Of a DNA stretch of 36,476 bases, positions 8,609 to 15,157 are shown piece after piece. How positions within the stretch are numbered: the first letter of the stretch is position 1; every line of letters starts with the position of its first letter. The translations under genes and the position numbers were made by a program. This stretch comes from Patescibacteria group bacterium (GTDB taxonomy: Bacteria > Patescibacteriota > Minisyncoccia > UBA11713 > 2-01-FULL-45-33). The notes below the pieces were generated by a model. The model was not told the origin of the DNA, made no database searches, and worked only from the letters and a program-made list of their open reading frames with translations. Location: the NCBI GenBank assembly GCA_038062255.1, contig JBBTXM010000013.1, positions 1-36,476 of the forward strand, given 5' to 3'.

Positions 8609-8935
8609 TTATTTCTCCTCCTCTTTTTTATGCATGTGCAAAATTATGCCTTTTTGCGCCACCAGAGAAATACTGTAGAGGGTAAGGGTTGTGGATAAAA
8701 TAATAAAAACTATTGTGAAAATTTTAGAAATTTCGTGGGAAGGAGTCAAGTCTCCGTAACCGACAGTCGATGCTGTGGATACGGCAAAATAAAGCGAATT
8801 TATAAGGCTCCAGCCTTCTGTGGAACGATAGAACAAAGCTGCCGCTGAAATTATCACGGCAAGCAAAAATAGCGAAAGTTTAAGGCGCAATTCTATATGT
8901 TTATGGTTATTGTGGATACGAAATGATTCCGCCAT
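8609..8935 (-). CDS. Minimal two-TM potassium channel (pore-only)
   Basis: The 108-aa product has a TM segment, a pore helix, the selectivity filter TVGYGD, and a second TM segment. No RCK or ligand domain is present. Confidence 0.8.
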   Translation of the reverse strand: MAESFRIHNNHKHIELRLKLSLFLLAVIISAAALFYRSTEGWSLINSLYFAVSTASTVGYGDLTPSHEISKIFTIVFIILSTTLTLYSISLVAQKGIILHMHKKEEEK

Positions 8936-8988
8936 GTCTATATAATGATACCATAATTATTTTAGTTGCGTTATAAATATCAAAGACA

Positions 8989-9462
8989 ATGATAAAACGA
9001 GGGTTCATAATTTTAATAACCGCCTTTTTTGCTCTGTTTTTGACGGCGGTATTTAAAAAATCCGGTGATTTGTTTTTGGAGTCATCGGCGTATCGGGCTT
9101 CTTCCGGGCAGAAAATGATTGTTAATATTTCCGGGCGCAAAGTAGAAGTTGACATAGCCAACAACGAAAAGGAAAGAAATAAGGGCCTTGGCGGAAGAAA
9201 AAATTTGCCTGAAGATTCCGGAATGCTTTTTATTTTTGAGATTCCCGCAAAATACTCTTTCTGGATGAAGGATATGCGGTTTCCAATAGATATAATTTGG
9301 ATAGAAGAAAACAAAAAAATTACGGCGATTTCGGAAAATATTGCTCCGGAAACTTATCCCGCGTCTTTTTCGCCATCCGAGCCGGTAAAGTATGTTCTTG
9401 AGGTAAACGCCGGCTGGGCGGATAAAAACGGAGTGAAATCGGGGGATTCTATTGAATGGTAA
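8989..9462 (+). CDS. DUF192-family protein with N-terminal membrane anchor
   Basis: The product contains GLGGRKNLPEDSGMLFIF..FWMKDMRFPIDIIWI..YVLEVNAGW, which matches the DUF192/COG1430 pattern. Confidence 0.75.
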   Translation: MIKRGFIILITAFFALFLTAVFKKSGDLFLESSAYRASSGQKMIVNISGRKVEVDIANNEKERNKGLGGRKNLPEDSGMLFIFEIPAKYSFWMKDMRFPIDIIWIEENKKITAISENIAPETYPASFSPSEPVKYVLEVNAGWADKNGVKSGDSIEW

Positions 9463-10030
9463 TATTTTCAATTACCACCCCCTCAATCGGTATTCCCATT
9501 TGGTCAACTTTGACTTTTGCGATTGCGTCCACAACTTCCATTCCAGAAATTACTTTTCCAAAAACCGGGTGTTTGCTTTCGATTGGTTCTTTGTCGTAAT
9601 CGAGTCCTATGTTGTCAGCGAGGTTTATAAAAAACTGGCTTCCTCCGGAGTTGGGCCTGCCGGTATTGGCCATGGAAATTGTCCCGCGGACATTGGAAAG
9701 ACCCTCGACAAATTCGTCTTCTATGGTGTATCCTGGCCCTCCTCTTCCATAAGATACTTTGTCTGTTCCTTTGGAATTCGGGTCTCCTCCTTGTATTACA
9801 AATCCCTGAATTACTCTGTGGAATTTTGTTCCGTCAAAAAAACCTTCTTCAGCCAATTTGATGAAATTGCCGGCGGTCTTCGGCATTTCGTTCAAAAACA
9901 ATTCAAGAGTTATATTGCCATTGTTTGTTTTCAGGATTACTGTTGGATTTGGCCCGTCTTTTTTAAACATAAAAAATAATGCTATTCCGATAATCGCTAT
10001 TGCAATCAAAACTATTAATTTTTTCACCAC
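9449..10030 (-). CDS. Cyclophilin-type peptidyl-prolyl cis-trans isomerase, membrane-anchored
   Basis: The product contains FHRVIQGFVIQGGDP..GTISMANTGRPNSGGSQFFI. It has a GTG start and an N-terminal TM segment. Confidence 0.9.
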   Translation of the reverse strand: MVKKLIVLIAIAIIGIALFFMFKKDGPNPTVILKTNNGNITLELFLNEMPKTAGNFIKLAEEGFFDGTKFHRVIQGFVIQGGDPNSKGTDKVSYGRGGPGYTIEDEFVEGLSNVRGTISMANTGRPNSGGSQFFINLADNIGLDYDKEPIESKHPVFGKVISGMEVVDAIAKVKVDQMGIPIEGVVIENITIQ

Positions 10031-10162
10031 GTTAGAAAATTAACCCAATGTCTGCTCGATTTATTCAGACTTTTTAAATATTTATATTTTTTAATACCCA
10101 TATTTATGTTTGTAGATTTTCGTACGTGGTTCATTTTCTAACTTTAGCATATAATAAGACTT

Positions 10163-11182
10163 ATGTTAAACACATTTTGGCATGTTATTTTGATTTTCGC
10201 CGCGTTCGGGGGTTTTTTGATAGCTTTTTATATAAGGCACAAAAAAAACGCCAACGAGAAGTTGGTTTGTCCGCTGGATGCAGATTGCGGGGCGGTAATA
10301 CACAGTGATTACTCGGTCTTTTTGGGTCTTCCGGTAGAAGTTTTAGGAATGGCATATTACGGAGTTGTTGCCATAGCCTATGGGGTATTTTTGATGTTTC
10401 CGGGCCTGGTTTCGACATTTTCCGTGTTTGCCGTTCTTGCGTTATCTACAGCCGCTTTTTTCTTTTCATTGTACCTTACATCAATCCAGATTTTCGCCAT
10501 AAGGCAAATATGTTCGTGGTGCTTGGTTTCTGCCGGGCTCGGAACCGCGATTTTTTTTACCACTTTGGCGGGTTCCGAATTCGGATTTTTGAGCCTCCTT
10601 GCGGAATACAAATGGATTATCCTTATGCTTCATCTTTTCGGTTTTGCGATTGGATTGGGGGCGGTTACGATTACCGATGTGCTATTTTTCAAATTTTTGC
10701 GGGATTTTAAAATTTCAGAATTCGAGGCGGATATTTTGCATACTCTTTCACAGATAATTTGGCTTGCGCTTGCCGTATTAATAATTTCCGAGGCCGGGCT
10801 TTATTTGCCCCAAATGGAAATTTTAAACCATTCCGGAAAATTTTTGGCGAAAATGACAATTGTCGCGATGATTGTTCTAAATGGAGTGTTTTTAAACATT
10901 GCCATTTCTCCGAAGCTGGTTAACATTTCTTTTGGGGGCAGGCACGAACACCAAAAAGGGGAACTTGCTAGATTGCGCAAGCTTTCATACGCTTCAGGAG
11001 CGTTATCGCTTACCTCGTGGTATTACGCTTCGGCTTTGGAAATGGCGCAAAATCCGCCTTTGGGATATTGGGGTTTGATTGTGATTTATCTTTTTATGGC
11101 CATTTCAGCAATTTTCATTAGCCAGCTTTTCGAACATTCTTTCTACAGAAAAACTCCACTTAGCAATCCGATTGCTAAGTGA
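10163..11182 (+). CDS. VKOR-family (vitamin K epoxide reductase-like) protein fused to an uncharacterised multi-TM C-terminal domain
   Basis: The N-terminal ~140 aa carry a loop Cys pair (CPLDADC) and a CSWC redox motif within 4-5 TM segments. The C-terminal ~190 aa form an additional polytopic region with no family I recognise. Confidence 0.7.
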   Translation: MLNTFWHVILIFAAFGGFLIAFYIRHKKNANEKLVCPLDADCGAVIHSDYSVFLGLPVEVLGMAYYGVVAIAYGVFLMFPGLVSTFSVFAVLALSTAAFFFSLYLTSIQIFAIRQICSWCLVSAGLGTAIFFTTLAGSEFGFLSLLAEYKWIILMLHLFGFAIGLGAVTITDVLFFKFLRDFKISEFEADILHTLSQIIWLALAVLIISEAGLYLPQMEILNHSGKFLAKMTIVAMIVLNGVFLNIAISPKLVNISFGGRHEHQKGELARLRKLSYASGALSLTSWYYASALEMAQNPPLGYWGLIVIYLFMAISAIFISQLFEHSFYRKTPLSNPIAK

Positions 11183-11196
11183 TTTAAATAAGAGAT

Positions 11197-12894
11197 TTAT
11201 ACTTCTATAATCACCGGCAGGACCATTGGCCTGCGTTTGGTTTTTTGGAAGAGGAAAAACCCAAGTTTTTCGCGGACGTTGTCTCGAACATGCGCCCAGT
11301 TTATTGGGTGCATTTTGTTTGTGGATTCCTCAACCACTTTCTTTACCAAAAATCTAGATTGCCCCAAAAGTTCCCTGGATTCTTTGAGGTACACAAAGCC
11401 ACGCGAGATTATATCCGGAGAACCCCTCAACTTTCCGGTTTGCGAGTCAACGGCGGCGATTATTACGAATATCCCGTCTTTTGAAAGCATTTGGCGGTCT
11501 CTTAAAACGACTTCCTGAACATCTCCCACGCCAAGCCCGTCAACCATTATCAAGTTAACCGGCGCCTTTTCTTTCGATTTTTGTATTGATTCCTTTGTCA
11601 TTTCAACTATTTCTCCATCTTCAGCAACCATTATATTTTTTTCTGGTACTCCAGCGATCTTAGCTAAATCAGCGTGGATTTTAAGCATAAAATAGTTTCC
11701 ATGCATTGGGATAAAATATTGTGGTTTTACAAGATGCATCATTTCTTTGAGTTCTTCCTGTTTTGCATGGCCTCCCGCGTGGATGTCCATGGAAAAGTAG
11801 TGGTAAATTTTACCCGCGCGCTTGTAGAGGATGTCTTTGAGGCGCTGAACCGTAGATTCATTTCCTGGAATTACTGAAGACGAAAATAAAACAGAGTCAG
11901 TTTGTTTTAAGACTATGTCTTTGTGTTCGTTATTGGCTATGCGCATAAGAGCCGCACGGTCTTCCCCCTGCGCGCCCGTGCACGCGATTGTAAGTTCTTT
12001 ATCTTTGTACTTGCTTATTTCCTTGGATTGAACGAACGTGCCCTTTTTTACTTTTATGTATCCAAGCTCGTGCGCCACGGCCACGTTGTTTTTCATGCTA
12101 GTGCCTATTATGGACATTTTTCGAGAATATTTTTCCGAAAGCCAAATTAATTGCTGGATTCGGGTAAGGAGCGACGCAAAAGTTGCCGCGATTATCCTTC
12201 CCGGGGCTTCTATGAAAATTTTTTCAAGGCCGCGCTGTATTTCGGTTTCAGAAAGCTGGCGCCCAGGAATTTCCGCGTCGGTGCTGTCGGACACCAAAAG
12301 TAAAACCCCGTCTTTTCCTATTTGCTTGAGCCGTTCGATGTCGGCCGGTTTTTCGTTTACAGGTTCGTGGTCGAATTTCCAATCCCCAGTATGAACAACG
12401 TTGCCAGCCGGAGATTTCAAAAGGACTCCTATAGAATCTGGGATATTGTGGTTTACGTGGAAGAATTCAACGTCGAATTTCCCCATTTTAACTTTGCTAT
12501 CGGAATTTACAATAATTATTTTAGGTTTCGGCGAGTGCGGAAATTCTTCTTGGCGTTTTAGAACTATTCCGCGCGTAAGCGCAGTCGCGTAAATCGAGGG
12601 ATTGCCAAGCCCTTCCAACAGGTGCGGAATGCCCCCAATGTGGTCGTAGTGGGCGTGGGTTATGATTATCCCGCGGATATTTCTTTTTTTGGGGCGCAAG
12701 TAGTCTATGTTGGGAATTATGTAATCAATCCCTGGCATGTCGTCTTCCGGGAATTGGAGGCCCATATCGACTATTACTATGTCGTCTTCGTACTCGTAGA
12801 TATAACAGCTTCTAGTTACTTCTCCGCAGCCTCCCAGCGCCAAAAATTTAAGCACGCCCTTTTTTGTTTTTGTAATTTGTTTTGTAGGATGCAT
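11197..12894 (-). CDS. rnj: Ribonuclease J
   Basis: The 565-aa product has the metallo-beta-lactamase motif HAHYDHIGG and a beta-CASP architecture with an RNase J C-terminal domain. Confidence 0.9.
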   Translation of the reverse strand: MHPTKQITKTKKGVLKFLALGGCGEVTRSCYIYEYEDDIVIVDMGLQFPEDDMPGIDYIIPNIDYLRPKKRNIRGIIITHAHYDHIGGIPHLLEGLGNPSIYATALTRGIVLKRQEEFPHSPKPKIIIVNSDSKVKMGKFDVEFFHVNHNIPDSIGVLLKSPAGNVVHTGDWKFDHEPVNEKPADIERLKQIGKDGVLLLVSDSTDAEIPGRQLSETEIQRGLEKIFIEAPGRIIAATFASLLTRIQQLIWLSEKYSRKMSIIGTSMKNNVAVAHELGYIKVKKGTFVQSKEISKYKDKELTIACTGAQGEDRAALMRIANNEHKDIVLKQTDSVLFSSSVIPGNESTVQRLKDILYKRAGKIYHYFSMDIHAGGHAKQEELKEMMHLVKPQYFIPMHGNYFMLKIHADLAKIAGVPEKNIMVAEDGEIVEMTKESIQKSKEKAPVNLIMVDGLGVGDVQEVVLRDRQMLSKDGIFVIIAAVDSQTGKLRGSPDIISRGFVYLKESRELLGQSRFLVKKVVEESTNKMHPINWAHVRDNVREKLGFFLFQKTKRRPMVLPVIIEV

Positions 12895-12940
12895 ATTATT
12901 TGTTAAATTTCTAATAAATAGTTTCTAATAATTTTGGCTG

Positions 12941-13024
12941 TGCCGAGGGGGAGATTTGAACTCCCACACCCTTGCGGGTACTACGCCCTGAACGTAGCGT
13001 GTCTCCCAATTCCACCACCTCGGC
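12941..13024 (-). tRNA. tRNA-Leu (anticodon CAG), class II
   Basis: The reverse complement folds as a cloverleaf: acceptor GCCGAGG/CCTCGGC, anticodon stem CTACG/CGTAG with loop TTCAGGG, a long variable arm, and T-arm GGGAG-TTCAAAT-CTCCC. Confidence 0.9.
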
Positions 13025-14632
13025 TTAGCGGGCAAACACTTTCCAAACGTATTGTTTTTTAAGATACCACTCGTGTATAGTTGAAAATCTTTCGGACCCC
13101 GTGCTTATGGTTTTGATATCCACTCCTTTGAGATCTTTTGGCACAGCGTATATATATGATGGCGAGAACAAGAATACCGCAGGAGTGTCTTTGTAAATTT
13201 CTTTTTGTATTTTTTGGTAGATCTCGGTTCTTTTTTGGTCTTCTTGGGTTGTCCGCACGCTTTCAAGCATCGTATCCACCTTAGAGTTTGCGTACAAAGC
13301 TATATTATAACCCGGATGCGTTCTTTGGGAAGAATGCCAGAAAGCGAACGGGTCCGGATTTTGTCCAACCACTTCTTCGCCGTACAAAAACGCGTCATAT
13401 CTTCTGGGGCCTATCACTAGCTGTTCAAGGTCGGTAAGGGCGAAAGATTGGATTTCTGTGGTTACTCCTATATTTTCCCACATTTTTTTTACGAAGTTCG
13501 CTATTTCCAGCAGTTCCGGAGTTTGGGCGGTTGTGATTGTAAGCGCAAGTCCTTTGGCTTTTTTCTCTATAGTTAATTTTGCTGTTTCCGGGTCAAAGTC
13601 GTTTTTGGCGTTGTCGCCGACGATGTTAGGCGGCAGGGGCCCGTCAATTACTTTTCCGTAATTTCCAAGCACTTCCTCCACCAATTTTTGCTTGTCAACT
13701 GCCATATCGAGTGCCTCGCGCACTTCTTTTGTAGAAAGAGTTTTATGTTTCCCGTGATTAAAGAATATTCCTATTATTCTTTGCAAGTCGATGCTTAAGA
13801 CTTGCTTTTTGCCCGAAATATCTTTTACGAATTTCGGCGAAAGCCCTCCGAAAGAGTCGATTGCCCCGTTTTTTAGATTTTTTACTGCTCCCTCTTCATT
13901 TTTGTAAAATTTCAGAATTACGTTTTTTATGTTGGGTTTTCCCAGTGAAAAATTTTCGTTCGCGGAAAGCTCCATTGATACTATCGAACCCAAAGAATCG
14001 TGTTCTATAGATTCTATTTTATACGGTCCAGCCCCTATTGGCTCTGTGTTGAGTTTGGAAAAAGAAATCTGCGACGGAGGCACCCGCTCCCAAAGATATT
14101 TGGGCAATATTCCCAATGTCAGGTTGTCCAAGAACGGGTAATATGGTTTTTGAAGCCTAAAACGCACTGTTTGGCCGTCCACCTTGCTTGCTTCGACTCC
14201 TTCCCAGTTTGCGCGCCTTGGGCTTTGCACTACGGGATTTTTTGCCAGCTGTATTGTGAATATTATATCGTCAACTGTGAGTTTTTTGCCGTTGGACCAT
14301 CGCAAATCTTCTTTTAATTTTATTGTGTATTCCATTCCGTCAGGGGATATTTCGTAGCTTTCCAAAAGAGCTGGAGTTAATTTTCCATCTTGGCCGTACC
14401 TCATAAGGCCGGTGTAGACAAGAGACACCACGTTTCTGTCCGCGTCGGTTTGCGAAAGAATCGGATTGATGAATCGCGGATTTCCAACTATTCCCTCCGT
14501 CAAAGTTCCTCCGAATGCCGGAGTTTCCACGGAGAATTTTTTATTTATCTCAAAGACCATTCCGAAAAACGAAATAAGCGCTATTACTACTAGCATTACG
14601 AGCACCAAAAGCTCGTTTTTTAGATAGTGCAT
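13025..14632 (-). CDS. ABC-type solute-binding protein, family 5 (peptide/nickel type), N-terminal anchor
   Basis: From the internal ATG at 14632 the product reads MHYLKNELLVLVMLVV.. (a TM segment), followed by ..GGTLTEGIVGNPRFINPIL.. and a typical SBP_bac_5 body. The start overlaps the secG stop (TGATG). No permease or ATPase gene is nearby. Confidence 0.8.
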   Translation of the reverse strand: MHYLKNELLVLVMLVVIALISFFGMVFEINKKFSVETPAFGGTLTEGIVGNPRFINPILSQTDADRNVVSLVYTGLMRYGQDGKLTPALLESYEISPDGMEYTIKLKEDLRWSNGKKLTVDDIIFTIQLAKNPVVQSPRRANWEGVEASKVDGQTVRFRLQKPYYPFLDNLTLGILPKYLWERVPPSQISFSKLNTEPIGAGPYKIESIEHDSLGSIVSMELSANENFSLGKPNIKNVILKFYKNEEGAVKNLKNGAIDSFGGLSPKFVKDISGKKQVLSIDLQRIIGIFFNHGKHKTLSTKEVREALDMAVDKQKLVEEVLGNYGKVIDGPLPPNIVGDNAKNDFDPETAKLTIEKKAKGLALTITTAQTPELLEIANFVKKMWENIGVTTEIQSFALTDLEQLVIGPRRYDAFLYGEEVVGQNPDPFAFWHSSQRTHPGYNIALYANSKVDTMLESVRTTQEDQKRTEIYQKIQKEIYKDTPAVFLFSPSYIYAVPKDLKGVDIKTISTGSERFSTIHEWYLKKQYVWKVFAR

Positions 14633-14847
14633 CAAATGATTAAATTTACTACCGCTGTAAGAGAAAATATAACCGCTAATACAATTGTAGCCCAAAATAG
14701 AATTTTTTCCAAGCCCCGCTTGGACCTGTAAATTTGGCCAGAGCCTCCAAAAGAAGCGCCTAGGCCGGTGCCTTTTTGCTGCAATAAAATCGCTCCAATT
14801 AAGAGCAAAGACACGATTATTTGTCCCCAAAAGAGTAGAGATTGCAT
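14632..14847 (-). CDS. secG: Preprotein translocase subunit SecG
   Basis: The product reads MQSLLFWGQIIVSLLLIGAILLQQKGTGLGASFGG.. from the ATG at 14847. The listed TTG at 14883 is a less likely start. Confidence 0.85.
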   Translation of the reverse strand: MQSLLFWGQIIVSLLLIGAILLQQKGTGLGASFGGSGQIYRSKRGLEKILFWATIVLAVIFSLTAVVNLII

Positions 14848-14889
14848 TGATTCTAGACTAGCACTTATTATGTTTTGGGTCAATTAAAA

Positions 14890-14921
14890 CCAGAAAATCC
14901 GCCCAATGGCGGGTTTTCTGG
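14890..14921 (-). terminator. Hairpin plus U-tract terminating the upstream small RNA
   Basis: On the minus strand, CCAGAAAACCCGCC pairs with GGCGGAUUUUCUGG (14 bp, one mismatch) and is followed by UUUUAAUU. The stem includes the encoded CCA of the RNA. Confidence 0.6.
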
Positions 14922-15106
14922 TGTGGATCGAGGGGGAGTTGAACCCCAAAAAGCAAACTGGCTAGGATGCTCCCAGAACCCTCTGGAACTCGACCCTCGT
15001 CCACTAAATTAGCTTATCAAAATGTTTACAAAAACGACAAAGGACTCCGTTAAAGAGCCCTTTGGAGCGCCAGAAGTTCTATTCATAGCACCCTAGCCAG
15101 TCTTAT
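14919..15106 (-). ncRNA. Unclassified structured small RNA with a tRNA-like (tmRNA-TLD-like) 3' domain
   Basis: It has its own promoter and terminator, the T-arm GGGG-UUCAACU-CCCC, a 3' end ..GAUCCACACCA, and a 15-bp long-range helix (15101-15087 with 14971-14957). That helix has a G.U pair only when read on the minus strand. See findings. Confidence 0.6.
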
Positions 15107-15111
15107 TTTCC

Positions 15112-15139
15112 ATTGTACTCTTTATATTATTGCTGTCAA
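15112..15139 (-). promoter_or_regulatory. Sigma70-type promoter for the small RNA
   Basis: On the minus strand, TTGACA (15139-15134) is followed by a 16-nt spacer and then TACAAT (15117-15112). Confidence 0.55.
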
Positions 15140-15157
15140 TAGTTGGTGTGGATAAGA

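Noticed and set aside
9452-9979. A 175-aa plus-strand ORF opposite the cyclophilin gene.
   Set aside because: The cyclophilin reading on the minus strand has clear family motifs. The plus-strand product is Phe/Ser/Cys-rich low-complexity sequence with no start context.
14633-14830. An N-terminal 66-codon extension of the family-5 binding-protein ORF (listed as 13025..14830).
   Set aside because: The extension fully overlaps secG in another frame and reads as junk (..RHRPRRFFWRLWPNLQ..). The internal ATG at 14632 gives a normal signal-anchor N-terminus and couples to the secG stop.
14919-15106. Calling the small RNA a canonical tmRNA (ssrA) or an ordinary tRNA.
   Set aside because: There is no contiguous 5' acceptor strand at the transcript start. 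Pair 3:70 is G-C rather than G.U, the length is ~190 nt rather than ~350 nt, and no tag ORF ends in Ala-Ala. The 86-nt tRNA-like body lacks a 7-nt anticodon loop and needs a bulge in the acceptor stem. I kept it as an unclassified tRNA-like RNA.
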